A DNA stretch of 63,739 bases, counting the filler, from Deltaproteobacteria bacterium (GTDB lineage Bacteria; Myxococcota; JACRCW01), in assembly GCA_016218805.1 (NCBI GenBank). It is 3 parts of 3 records of this genome, joined end to end, with 100 filler letters (N's around TTAATTAATTAA, not from the genome) between each part and the next. Parts side by side here need not be neighbours in the genome. Positions count along the whole stretch, not along the records: positions 30,202 to 55,696 come from JACRCW010000107.1; positions 55,797 to 63,739 come from JACRCW010000125.1; 1 more part is not named here. The stretch is one strand, 5' to 3'. Every line of letters starts with the position of its first letter. The stretch's first letter is position 1. The notes beneath the pieces were generated by a model that was not told where the DNA came from, did no database searches, and saw only the letters and a program-made list of their open reading frames with translations. Both the position numbers and the translations under genes were made by a program. Of the stretch, positions 52,526 to 63,573 are shown piece by piece.

Positions 52526-54178
52526 ATGGGAGAGCAGCACGTTCCAATCCAGAGTTTTGAGACGCACCCGGACCGCTACCGGCACTGGAAGCTGTCCTTT
52601 GACGGGGCGGTGGCCACGCTGGCCATGAACGTGGAGGAGGACGGCGGGCTGTCAGACGCGTATCCGCTCAAGCTCAACAGTTATGACATTGGCGTGGACA
52701 TTGAGCTGGCGGACGCGGTGATGCGGCTGCGGTTTGAGCACCCGGAGGTCAAGGCGGTGGTGGTCACCAGCCTCAAGGACCGGATCTTCTGCGCGGGCGC
52801 CAACATCTACATGCTGGGGATGAGCAGCCACCCGTTCAAGGTGAACTTCTGTAAGTACACCAATGAAACGCGGCTGGGGATGGAGGACGCCAGCGAGCAC
52901 TCCGGCTTGAAGTTCCTGGGCGCGCTCAACGGCACCGCGTCCGGCGGCGGTTACGAGCTGGCGCTGGCATGCGATGACATCCTGCTCATTGACGACGGAA
53001 ACAGCGCGGTGAGCTTCCCGGAAGTGCCGCTGCTGGGCGTGCTGCCGGGCACCGGCGGGCTCACGCGCGTGGTGGACAAGCGCAAGGTGCGGCGGGACCA
53101 CGCGGACTTCTTCTCCACCACGGCGGAGGGCGTGCGCGGCAAGCGCGCGGTGCAGTGGAAGTTTGTGGACGAGGTGGTTCCGCGCAGCAAGTGGACCGAG
53201 GCGGTTCGCCGGCGCGCGGCGGCGCTGGCGCAACAGAGCACGCGGCCGGGAAGCGGGCCGGGCGTGCCGCTGCCGCCGCTGCAGCCATCCATTGACGGGA
53301 ACGTGTTCCACTACCGCCACGTGACGATGTCACTGGACCCCGTGCGGCGGCAGGCGGAGCTCTTGATCAACGGCCCCACCGAGGCGGCGCCGCGTGACGG
53401 CGCGGCGTGGCTGGCCGCGGGGGCGGACGCGTGGTCATTGCGCGCATTCCGTGAATTGGACGACGCGCTGCTGCGCCTGCGGTTCAACCACCTGGAGTTG
53501 GGCACGGTGGCCGTGAAGACGCGCGGGGACGCGGCGCTGGTGAAAGCGTGGGATGACGCGCTGCTTGGCGCGCGCGGGCACTGGTTTGCCAACGAGGTGC
53601 TGCAGCTGGTGAAGCGCACGCTCAAGCGGATGGACGTGACCTCGCGGTCATTCATCGCCGTGGCTGACGAGGGGAGCTGCTTCACGGGGTGCCTGCTGGA
53701 GCTGGCCCTGTGCGCTGACCGCTGTTACGCACTGGCCGATCCCGACGGGAAGGTCACCGTGCGGCTGACGGGGATGAACGCCGGGCCGCTGCCCATGGGC
53801 AACGGGCTCACGCGCCTGCAGACGCGTTTTCTGGGCGAGCCGGGCGCTGTGGAGCAGGCACTGGCGCACAAGGAACCGCTGGCCAGCGAGGACGCCGAGA
53901 AGCTGGGCCTGGTGTTTGCGGCCCCGGACGACATTGACTTCCCCGACGAGGTGCGGCTGTGCCTGGAGGAGCGCGCGAGCCTGTCCGCGGATGCGCTTAC
54001 CGGGATGGAGGCGTCCTTGCGCTTTGCCGGGCCGGAGACGCTGGAGACCAAGATCTTTGGGCGGCTCACGGCGTGGCAGAACTGGATCTTCACGCGTCCC
54101 AACGCCACCGGCGAAAAGGGCGCATTGACCCTGTACGGCAAGCCCAGCCGGCCTGAGTTTGATCTGCGGAGGTGCTGA
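52526..54178 (+). CDS. boxC: 2,3-epoxybenzoyl-CoA dihydrolase
   Basis: YRHWKL, LKLNSYDIGVDIELADA, KVNFCK.TNETR, PLLGVLPGTGGLTR, FGRLTAWQNWIF.RPNA. Confidence 0.96.
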   Translation: MGEQHVPIQSFETHPDRYRHWKLSFDGAVATLAMNVEEDGGLSDAYPLKLNSYDIGVDIELADAVMRLRFEHPEVKAVVVTSLKDRIFCAGANIYMLGMSSHPFKVNFCKYTNETRLGMEDASEHSGLKFLGALNGTASGGGYELALACDDILLIDDGNSAVSFPEVPLLGVLPGTGGLTRVVDKRKVRRDHADFFSTTAEGVRGKRAVQWKFVDEVVPRSKWTEAVRRRAAALAQQSTRPGSGPGVPLPPLQPSIDGNVFHYRHVTMSLDPVRRQAELLINGPTEAAPRDGAAWLAAGADAWSLRAFRELDDALLRLRFNHLELGTVAVKTRGDAALVKAWDDALLGARGHWFANEVLQLVKRTLKRMDVTSRSFIAVADEGSCFTGCLLELALCADRCYALADPDGKVTVRLTGMNAGPLPMGNGLTRLQTRFLGEPGAVEQALAHKEPLASEDAEKLGLVFAAPDDIDFPDEVRLCLEERASLSADALTGMEASLRFAGPETLETKIFGRLTAWQNWIFTRPNATGEKGALTLYGKPSRPEFDLRRC

Positions 54179-54179
54179 G

Positions 54180-55583
<1,404 letters not shown>

Positions 55584-55591
55584 CCCGCTCC

Positions 55592-55696
55592 ACCTCCCCA
55601 CGCCCTGCGGGGGGAGGTCGGGCGATGCGGAGCATCGCCCGGGTGGGGGGATGAGGCAGAGGGAAGGGCAAGACGTGCTTTCACGCGCCCCCCACC
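55592..55696. repeat. Double-hairpin intergenic repeat at contig end
   Basis: ACCTCCCC..GGGGAGGT and GGGCGATGC-GGA-GCATCGCCC stems; GGTGGGGGG is mirrored by CCCCCCACC at the contig edge. Confidence 0.6.
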
Positions 55697-55796
55697 NNNN
55701 NNNNNNNNNNNNNNNNNNNNNNNNNNNNNNNNNNNNNNNNTTAATTAATTAANNNNNNNNNNNNNNNNNNNNNNNNNNNNNNNNNNNNNNNNNNNN
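55697..55796. other. Artificial contig linker
   Basis: N run with central TTAATTAATTAA. Confidence 0.97.
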
Positions 55797-55945
55797 CGCC
55801 CGCGCCGCCGCCCCCTGCCCCGCTGCGTCCCGCGCGCGCGGCCGCCCCGCCCGTGCCCCCTGCGCCCGCCGCTGCCGCCCCGCGCCCGCCACGCATCCTG
55901 GGGAAGAAGAGCCCAGGGCGCTGAGCCGCCACGCCAGGAGCCACC

Positions 55946-56269
55946 ATGTCCGAACACCGGTACTACGAGTTCTGCGCCCTGGATCGGCCCCTCACCACGC
56001 GCGAGCAGGCAGCGCTGCGCCGGGCCTCAACGCGCGCCACGATCACGGCGACGCATTTCACCAACGTGTACGACTACGGCGACTTCCGCGGGAACACCGA
56101 CGCGTGGATGGCAAAGTATTTCGATGCGCACCTCCACACCGCCTCCTGGGGCACGCACCGGTTCATGCTGCGCGTTCCCGCGGACACGGTGGACGCGCGC
56201 AGCCTGCGCCCCTACTGCCGGGGTCCGTCGCTGCGGGCCGCGCGCGCCGTGCGTTGCCCGGGGTGGTGA
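55946..56269 (+). pseudogene. N-terminal fragment of a conserved hypothetical protein family (MSEYQYYEF..DRPL type)
   Basis: AGGAG RBS; MSEHRYYEFCALDRPLT..YGDFRG..YFDAHL..WGT.R.MLR.P, then degenerates after about 92 aa. Confidence 0.55.
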
Positions 56270-56299
56270 AGTCGCCACGGGGGATGCCACAGTGCGCGC

Positions 56300-57499
56300 A
56301 TGAGGCGGATCTCCACCCTCCTGGTTGTGCTGTTGCTGGCGTGTTCGCCCCGCACGGGAGACACGGATGCAGGTGTGGGCGCCGCCGACGCAGGTGGCGT
56401 GGTTCCCGACGCTGGCGCGGGCGCAGCTGACGCGGGCGGGGAACTCCCGGACGCCGCGGGCGCGGTGCCAGACGCCGGCCCTCCGGATGCCGCGTGGGAT
56501 GCAGGAACGGTTGAGGACGCCGGGATGGATGCGGGCACGCCCGACGCGGGCCCCGTGGATGCCGGGCCGGGAACGTGGGAGTCCTGCTGCGCCAGCCGCG
56601 GGGGCTGCACCACGGACGCGGACATGGCGGCGTGCTCCACGTTGCCGGCGGCCTACGGTGACTGCGCCGTGGGAGGAACCGCCGGGATCTGCGTGGCAAC
56701 GGGGCAGTGCGGCGGCGCGTGGGTCAACACCGCGGGCTACTGTCCCGGACCCGCAGACATCCAGTGCTGCACGCCGCCCTCCTCGTCAGGCCAGGCGTGC
56801 ACCGGCACCGAGTGGCCGCTCCCCAACACGGGCCTGGCGGCGCCCGCGCTGGATGCGCGCTGCCCGGACGGGATGACGGTTGTGGCGGGCACCACCTGCG
56901 TGGACCGCTGGGAAGCGGCGCTGGTGGAGCTGCTGCCGGACGGCGGCACCGGTGAATGGTCGCCGTACTTCAACCCGGGCACCCGGCGTATGCGGGCGTT
57001 CTCCGCGCCGGACGCGGTGCCGCAGGGCTACATCAACGGCAACCAGGCCGAGGCCGCCTGCCAGGAAGCGGGCAAGCGCCTGTGCACGTCCACGGAGTGG
57101 TGGCGGGCGTGCCGAGGCGCGTCGTCGTTCATCTACCCGTATGGCAACACGCGCCTGCCGGGCGTGTGCAACGACGCGCGCAGCCTGCACCCCGCCATTG
57201 AGTACTTTGGCGCGGATGACCCGGACCCGTTCTCCAAGATCCAGCACCCGTGCCTGAACCAACTGGCCAACGGCCTGGCGCGGACCGGCGCGCACCCCTC
57301 CTGCATCACCCAGGACGGCCTGCTGGACATGATGGGCAACCTCCATGAGTGGGTGGCCGACGCCGACGGCACCTTCCGCGGCGGGTTCTACGTGGACACC
57401 GTCATCAACGGGAACGGTTGCCTGTACGCCACCACCGCGCACACGCGGCCCCACTGGGATTATTCGACGGGCTTCCGCTGCTGCGCGGACCCACGCTGA
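56300..57499 (+). CDS. Lipoprotein with FGE-sulfatase (SUMF1-like) domain
   Basis: LLAC lipobox, DAG repeats, GKRLCT..EW..AC, YPYG, DMMGNLHEWV, GFRCC. Confidence 0.88.
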   Translation: MRRISTLLVVLLLACSPRTGDTDAGVGAADAGGVVPDAGAGAADAGGELPDAAGAVPDAGPPDAAWDAGTVEDAGMDAGTPDAGPVDAGPGTWESCCASRGGCTTDADMAACSTLPAAYGDCAVGGTAGICVATGQCGGAWVNTAGYCPGPADIQCCTPPSSSGQACTGTEWPLPNTGLAAPALDARCPDGMTVVAGTTCVDRWEAALVELLPDGGTGEWSPYFNPGTRRMRAFSAPDAVPQGYINGNQAEAACQEAGKRLCTSTEWWRACRGASSFIYPYGNTRLPGVCNDARSLHPAIEYFGADDPDPFSKIQHPCLNQLANGLARTGAHPSCITQDGLLDMMGNLHEWVADADGTFRGGFYVDTVINGNGCLYATTAHTRPHWDYSTGFRCCADPR

Positions 57500-57540
57500 G
57501 ACCCGACCGAACCCTTCCAGCGCTGTCGATGGAGGCCCTC

Positions 57541-57566
57541 GGGAGGGCGAGCCTCCTGGCGAGCCC
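57541..57566 (+). repeat. REP-like element (copy 2)
   Basis: GGGAGGGCGAGCCTCCTGGCGAGCCC; matches 19116-19141. Confidence 0.55.
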
Positions 57567-57605
57567 GCGGCAACGCTTTGGCCATGCGGAATCGAGCCTA
57601 CGGAA

Positions 57606-57857
57606 GCAACTGACAGGCAATCGATTGCTTCAGCGATGCAGCAACATGCCAGTGGAATGATTCGGACTGCCTCATGATGGCAACGTGTTGCTGCATGCTG
57701 GCACGCAAGTGCCATGTCAACGCAACCATCAACGTTATAACGACATGGTGTTGCTTCAAATAGACTCTACAATCCATCCTATGGCATTCACATTGCCTCT
57801 GTAATGAATGATGTTGTACAAAGCTGGCAACACTCAACCACAAGTTGGCAAGGAGGA
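57606..57857. repeat. Degenerate 21-bp phased array (12 units)
   Basis: TGC at 57626, 57647, 57668, 57689, 57710, 57752, 57794; GCA at unit positions 12-14 in 7 of 12 units; low GC. Confidence 0.7.
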
Positions 57858-57860
57858 GCC

Positions 57861-58214
57861 ATGGCAGCGCAGAAGAAGAAGCGAACCTACTTTCCACCGA
57901 AGACGTTTGACGATGACCTGGTGGCCCTGGCCGCGCTGTTCAAGCGGAAGGGCTGGTCATTCAGCAACGTGGATATCGCCGCACTGACGGAAGCCGGTGT
58001 GACCCAGCGCGAGGAGCGCGAAGCGCACGACGAGGCCGAGTTGCAGTTCCGCAACCTTCATGAGGCGTTTGGGCAGGCGCAGGAACAGCGGCACCAGGCG
58101 TTTTCGGCGGCCCTCAACGCGGCGCGGGGCGCTTTCAAGAATGACCGCGCGGTGAGCAAGGAACTGGAGAAGTTCACGCGCAGCGCCAAGCGGACGGTCA
58201 AGAAGACCGGGTGA
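57861..58214 (+). CDS. Small helical hypothetical protein (117 aa) with basic termini
   Basis: AAGGAGGA RBS; KKKR N-terminus, long amphipathic helix, KRTVKK C-terminus; 7-bp stem GACCGGG/CCCGGTC over the stop. Confidence 0.75.
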   Translation: MAAQKKKRTYFPPKTFDDDLVALAALFKRKGWSFSNVDIAALTEAGVTQREEREAHDEAELQFRNLHEAFGQAQEQRHQAFSAALNAARGAFKNDRAVSKELEKFTRSAKRTVKKTG

Positions 58215-58238
58215 CTCCCCGGTCAGAGAACGTCCGCT

Positions 58239-61019
58239 TCAATCCAGCCGGCGGAACACGCGCACCGGCCCGGGGAACCCCGCCGCCACCACGGCGTTGG
58301 GGGAAACCGACAGCGAACCGTCCGCGGCCACATTGACCAGCACGATCCCGTTGCCCGCCGCGCCGCTGACGTACGCAAACCGCCCCGACGGTTCCCACGT
58401 GACGAACTCCGTCCCCGTGGCCACCGTGGCCGTACCGCGCGCGGTCATGGCCCCTGTCTTCCACGCGACGTCATAGCTGCGCAGGTTGTCCGTGGCCGCG
58501 GTGGACAACAGCAGCGCGCGCGCACCATCCGCGCTGAACACCAGGTCAAACGCATTGGCCACGGTGGGGCCGGTGCCCACGCGCGTGAGCCCCTCCGGGT
58601 CCCGGCTCACCTCAAAGATGGCGACGACCCCCGTGCCCTGCAGCGCATAGAGGAAGCGCCCGAATGGGTGCATCCGCACGCGCGTCACGTTGGTGAGCGC
58701 CACCGTGCGCGGCGTCCCGTCATGGAAGCGCGCGGAGAGTCCGGTGCCGTCCGCGTAGAACTCGCCGTTCAGGTCATCCACGTCCATGGCCGTGCGCGCT
58801 GATGCAAAGTCATCCTGGACGCCGTCTGCCAGCACGCCGTCATCCGCCAGCGCAAACCGGTAGCTGGAGGTGACCGCCGGAGCACCCCACACGCGCGCCC
58901 GCCCGGAGGCCACCAGCAGGCGCCGCGGCGTGGCGACGGCGCCAACGGCGGTGTCCGTGGCCGTCAGGGTGCCGTTGAGCACGTTGATGCCCCAGGAGGC
59001 CACGCCGGTTGCCGTGGCGCCGTACAGGAAGCGCCCGGCGCGCGGGAGCAGCAGCGTGGAGGTGGTGAACGCGGTGGCGAACACGGAGCCGCTTGCCGTG
59101 AGCGTGCCGGTTTGCGCGTCAACGGAATACGCGGAGATTCCGTCCGCCCCCAGGTGGGCGACGTACGCCCAGGCGGCACGCGGTTGCGCGGGCGCGGCGG
59201 ACTGGAACAGCGCGGGGCGGCCGAACCAGAAGCAGCCCAGGCATTCGGATACCTGCTCCAGGGCCCCGGTCCGGGCGTCCAGGCGGAAGGTGGCCGCGAA
59301 CCCGTCCGGCGTGGACGCGAACACGAAGGTCCCGGTGGGATCCACCAGCGGGTTGTAGAAGCCCGGGAGCGTGCCCACCTCAACAAGTGCACCGTTGGGG
59401 TCGCCGGCCGCGTAGACGTGGAGGCTGGCAGGCTGGTCTTCGCCCAGGAACACGAACCGGCCGCTGGGATCCATGTCCGCGCCGTAGAGGCTGGACGGCC
59501 CGTTGGTGACGGTGCCCACCGACACCGGCGCGCGGGTGGCAGGGTCCAGCAGGACGGGCACGAACTGGTTCGCCACCTCGTCATAGACCCAGGCGAACCG
59601 CCCGCGGGGATCCACGCCCACCCAACTGAAGCCGCCGAGCGTGCGCCCCAGGTCCAACGACCCCACCAGCGCGGGCTCCACGCCGGCGGCGCCGAGCACC
59701 CGGTAGCCGAACGAACCCGTTGTGTCGGCGAGGAAGAGCCCGCGGCCACCCGGCTCCACGGCAAGGCCCGCGCGCCCCATGTTGGAGAACGTGCCGGTCA
59801 CCGTGGCCGCCCCGGCGGCGGGCAGGTCCGCCAGGACCAGCGTTCCGTCTGACGCCAGCAAGGCCGCCAGCGTCCCGCGGTGGTCAAACCCGAAGCCGAC
59901 GATGTTGGAAGGCAGCACCGGCCCGGAGCCCGCCGCCGCCGCCAGGTGCCCGAACGCCGTGTCCAAGCCGTAGCGCTGCAGTTTGTCCGTGAAGACCCCG
60001 TCCGCGCCCGCCGTGGGGCTGACCCAGAAGGCGTAGGTCCCGCCGGCCGCCGCGCGGGATCCCTCCAGGATGAGCTGACCGGTGGCGCTCAGTGAGAGCA
60101 CCCTCAGGGTCTGCCCCATCGGCGCCACCAGCATGCGCACCGGGTCGGGTTGGCAATCCGCCGGGCAGGTGTCCCCGTCGTCACTGTTCCCGTCGTCACA
60201 GGCCTCCACGCCCAGGTGGAGAAAGCCGTCACCGCAGCGCGCGGACTGGCAGGTGGTGGGGCAGCCATCCAGGTCGTCCTGGTTGGTGTCATCGCAGGTT
60301 TCGCCGCCGTCACGGATGAGGCCGTCCCCGCAGCGGGCCAGCAGGCAGTCATGGGTGCAGTCGTCCGTGTCCCAGGGGTTGCCGTCGTCGCACTGTTCGG
60401 AGCCGTCACGCGTCTGGCCGTCACCGCACCAGTGCAGTTCACAGGCACCGGCGTCCGTGCAGTCACACACGCGGGTGTCCACGCCCAGGGTGGCGCAGGC
60501 GCCGCCGCAGTTGCGCTCGCCCGGTGCGCAGCAGGCCCAGGCCCCGGCATCCGCCACCGGCCGCGTGCACGAATCCGACCCGGTACACGCGCCACCCGCA
60601 CCGCAGCGCGGCCCGTCCGATGTGCAGTGGTCCGCCAGACGAGGGTCCCAGGCAGCGCACGGGTCCACCACGGCGGCGTCCGCGGCGTCCGGGACGGCCG
60701 CATCCCGGGGGCCGGCGTCAGGCGGCACGGCAGCGTCAAGTGGCCCGGCGGCGTCAGGTGGCCCGGCGGCGTCTGGGCGTGCGGCATCTGGGACGGCGGC
60801 ATCCGCGGGGCTGCCGGCGTCCGGTGGGCCACCGCCGTCCGGCGGCTGGGTCCCGCCATCCGCGGCGCCACCCTCCCGGCACGCGCCCACGCCGGTGTCA
60901 CAGTGACCGGACGCGCAGTCCGCGTCAGACGAGCAGCGTGCAACCTGCAACAGCGGGCAACCGGACCCCGCCAACCAGAGCGCCGCGCCCGCGGCGGCGA
61001 CGATGAAGCGCCAGTGCAT
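58239..61019 (-). CDS. Lipoprotein with Myxococcales Cys-rich (DUF4215-like) repeats and lactonase-like beta-propellers
   Basis: GSGC lipobox, PDAA repeats, three CGDG..E.CDD units, repeated DP.GRF motifs. Confidence 0.82.
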   Translation of the reverse strand: MHWRFIVAAAGAALWLAGSGCPLLQVARCSSDADCASGHCDTGVGACREGGAADGGTQPPDGGGPPDAGSPADAAVPDAARPDAAGPPDAAGPLDAAVPPDAGPRDAAVPDAADAAVVDPCAAWDPRLADHCTSDGPRCGAGGACTGSDSCTRPVADAGAWACCAPGERNCGGACATLGVDTRVCDCTDAGACELHWCGDGQTRDGSEQCDDGNPWDTDDCTHDCLLARCGDGLIRDGGETCDDTNQDDLDGCPTTCQSARCGDGFLHLGVEACDDGNSDDGDTCPADCQPDPVRMLVAPMGQTLRVLSLSATGQLILEGSRAAAGGTYAFWVSPTAGADGVFTDKLQRYGLDTAFGHLAAAAGSGPVLPSNIVGFGFDHRGTLAALLASDGTLVLADLPAAGAATVTGTFSNMGRAGLAVEPGGRGLFLADTTGSFGYRVLGAAGVEPALVGSLDLGRTLGGFSWVGVDPRGRFAWVYDEVANQFVPVLLDPATRAPVSVGTVTNGPSSLYGADMDPSGRFVFLGEDQPASLHVYAAGDPNGALVEVGTLPGFYNPLVDPTGTFVFASTPDGFAATFRLDARTGALEQVSECLGCFWFGRPALFQSAAPAQPRAAWAYVAHLGADGISAYSVDAQTGTLTASGSVFATAFTTSTLLLPRAGRFLYGATATGVASWGINVLNGTLTATDTAVGAVATPRRLLVASGRARVWGAPAVTSSYRFALADDGVLADGVQDDFASARTAMDVDDLNGEFYADGTGLSARFHDGTPRTVALTNVTRVRMHPFGRFLYALQGTGVVAIFEVSRDPEGLTRVGTGPTVANAFDLVFSADGARALLLSTAATDNLRSYDVAWKTGAMTARGTATVATGTEFVTWEPSGRFAYVSGAAGNGIVLVNVAADGSLSVSPNAVVAAGFPGPVRVFRRLD

Positions 61020-61119
61020 GGGCCTCCCCTATGTGACGGCCCAGTCATACAACAACCTGCCAGCGTGCCAACGCCCAACACCCTTGGTACAGGGGGCGCC
61101 TCAAACCCGGAGACCCCGC

Positions 61120-62529
61120 ATGACCTTGGCCTGGAACACCCAGTGGACGTTGATGTGCGCCGTGACGGCGGTGTGCGCGTGTGCGCCCGGACCGGAGCAG
61201 CATGACGAGCCACCGCCCTTTCCCCCACCGCGCGTGGGGGGCAGCCCGGAAACGGACGCGCTGGCGGATGCGCCGGCGCGTTGCGGGCAGCTGGCGCACA
61301 GCTGGTTGCGCTCCGCGGAACTGGGCACCGTGGTGGCCCGCGGCGAGGTGGTCCACCACACCGCGGATTTCCTGGAAGGGATGATCCTGGCCGCCGGCGT
61401 GGACCCGCCGCGGACGCCCATTTACGACGCCAAGGTGGCCACAGTGACCTACCGCACGCAGGACCGCGGCGTGCTCATGGACGCCACCGGCCTGCTGGCG
61501 TGGCCCTACGGGCTGGAGCGCGGCCGGCGCCCGGACATCCTGCTGCTGCTGCACGGGACGCAGGGTTTCACGGACGGGTGTTCGTTGGATCAGAACGCGG
61601 ACACCAAGGCGCTGGCGGGGTACTTTGCGTCCCTGGGTTACGCTGTGATGGCGCCGGACTACCTGGGCCTCAAGGCCAATCCGCCGCCCACGGGTTTCCC
61701 GCACCCCTACCTGGTGGGCCAAGCCACGGCCATTGCGTCACTGGACATGGTGCGGGTGGCCGCGCACATGGGCGGCCCGGAGTATGACGACGTGCTGCCG
61801 CTCCCGCGGGTGGTGCTGCTGGGCGGCAGCCAGGGCGGCCACGCGGGACTGTGGGTGGACCGGCTGGCGCCCTACTACGCGCCGGAACTGGAGTTGCTGG
61901 GCGGCGCGGTGACGGTGCCCCCGGCAGACCTGGTGGGCGAGGTGGAACGCGCGCTCAGGGAGGTGGTGGACGCCACGGGCAACACCATGGCCGTGCTGGG
62001 CACCGCGTCCTCCTGGTACGGGCTGCAGTCCCGCCTGGGTGAGGTGTTCCGCACCCCGTACGACGTGGACGTCCCCGCGGCGCTGGTGGCCAGCTGCGAC
62101 CCCGGGGACGCCATTCCGGCGGGCGCCGGGTTGACCACCGTGTTCCAACCGCTGCTGCTGGACGCCGCCACGGCGGGGACCGTGGCCCAGGTGGAGCCCT
62201 GGGGTTGCCTGTTCCGGGAGAACGGCCTGACAACAACCTCCGTGGTTCGGCGCAATCCCGCCGCGGCGTCGTACGGGCTGCTGTTTATTTTTGGCGAAGC
62301 CGACAGCCTGGTGCACACGCCCATTGAGCGGGTGGCCTACACCGCCCTGTGCCAGGCGGGGGTGCCCGCGCAGTACCTGGAGTGCGCCGGCGCCTCCCAC
62401 ACGCGCGCCACGTTGTGGGCGTTGCCGGAGATTGCGGACTTCCTGGACGCGCGGGTGGCCGGGCAGGCGTTGGTGCCCGCGTGCGCCGTGAGCGCGCCGG
62501 TGCACTGCCAGGGGACACCGCCCCCGTGA
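61120..62529 (+). CDS. Secreted lipase-like alpha/beta hydrolase
   Basis: HGTQG, APDYLGL, HPYL, GGSQGG nucleophile, GEADSLV, GASH. Confidence 0.85.
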   Translation: MTLAWNTQWTLMCAVTAVCACAPGPEQHDEPPPFPPPRVGGSPETDALADAPARCGQLAHSWLRSAELGTVVARGEVVHHTADFLEGMILAAGVDPPRTPIYDAKVATVTYRTQDRGVLMDATGLLAWPYGLERGRRPDILLLLHGTQGFTDGCSLDQNADTKALAGYFASLGYAVMAPDYLGLKANPPPTGFPHPYLVGQATAIASLDMVRVAAHMGGPEYDDVLPLPRVVLLGGSQGGHAGLWVDRLAPYYAPELELLGGAVTVPPADLVGEVERALREVVDATGNTMAVLGTASSWYGLQSRLGEVFRTPYDVDVPAALVASCDPGDAIPAGAGLTTVFQPLLLDAATAGTVAQVEPWGCLFRENGLTTTSVVRRNPAAASYGLLFIFGEADSLVHTPIERVAYTALCQAGVPAQYLECAGASHTRATLWALPEIADFLDARVAGQALVPACAVSAPVHCQGTPPP

Positions 62530-62610
62530 ACGGCCCCGCGGGGGGGCGCCACGGAACCTGACAGGCGCTCCGGCGCAGGGCAGCATGGGGCGGGCTGGAG
62601 GGCCGTCAGC

Positions 62611-63573
62611 ATGAGCGCAGCGTGGTGGCTGGGAGTCGTCGTGGTGGCGGTGGGGTGCACGCCGCCGGATGGCAGCAACCGCTGGTCCAAAGAGCCGTCC
62701 AACACCGGGGAGGATCTGCGCGCCGTGCACGCCTGGGCGCGCAACCGCGTGCTGGCCGTGGGGACCAACGCGCGCACGGTGGCCAACGTGGACGGCCAAT
62801 GGCGCGAGCGCAACCTCCAGAGCCAGGACACGCTGACGTCACTGTGGGGCGTGGACGACACCGACGTGTTCATTGTGGGCGGACTGGAAGGCAACCCCGG
62901 CCACGGCATTGCCTGGCGCACCACCACGGGTTTCTTCACCTACAACGCCATGGCCCTGCCGCTGGGCACGGACATGCTGCGCAGCGTCCATGGCACCAGC
63001 GCGCAGGACGTCTGGGCGGTGGGAGACAACAACACCGCGGTGCATTTTGACGGCACCCGCTGGCTGCCCAGCCCCATCCCCAGCCCCACCAACCTGGGAG
63101 GCATCCACTTCAACGCGGTCTGGTGCCGCAGTGACGTGGCCTGCTGGGCCGTCGGCACCGCGGGCATGGTGGCGCGCTGGAACGGGTCCCAGTGGACCGT
63201 CACGGCGGATGACACGCTGGGCCGCACGCTGCGGGCGCTGCATGGGACGGACAGCTTTGTGCTGGCGGTGGGGGATGACGGTGCCATCCTGCGCGAAGAG
63301 GCGGCGACCCCCGGCGTGATGTCGCCCGAGGGCGCCCCGTCCGGCCAGCGGGACCTGCTGGCGGTGTGGAGCGCGGCCTCGGACAACTCCTGGGCCATGG
63401 GCGCGGTGGAAGACTCCAGCTACGCGGTGGTGCTGCGCGTGGACGGCACCACCGACTGGGTGGAGTCTGACAAGCCCCGCAGTGACTACGCCATCCGCTC
63501 CATCCATGGCCTGGCGCGGGACCTGGCCTGGGCGGTGGGTGACCGGGGCACCATCTTCCGCCTGGGCAACTGA
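62611..63573 (+). CDS. Beta-propeller repeat lipoprotein
   Basis: AVGC lipobox; repeated L..VWG..DVWAVG..G units. Confidence 0.8.
   Translation: MSAAWWLGVVVVAVGCTPPDGSNRWSKEPSNTGEDLRAVHAWARNRVLAVGTNARTVANVDGQWRERNLQSQDTLTSLWGVDDTDVFIVGGLEGNPGHGIAWRTTTGFFTYNAMALPLGTDMLRSVHGTSAQDVWAVGDNNTAVHFDGTRWLPSPIPSPTNLGGIHFNAVWCRSDVACWAVGTAGMVARWNGSQWTVTADDTLGRTLRALHGTDSFVLAVGDDGAILREEAATPGVMSPEGAPSGQRDLLAVWSAASDNSWAMGAVEDSSYAVVLRVDGTTDWVESDKPRSDYAIRSIHGLARDLAWAVGDRGTIFRLGN

Noticed and set aside
57598..57897. 99-aa minus-strand ORF across the 21-bp array
   Set aside because: No RBS or recognisable features and it overlaps the start of the better-supported + strand gene; not fully excluded
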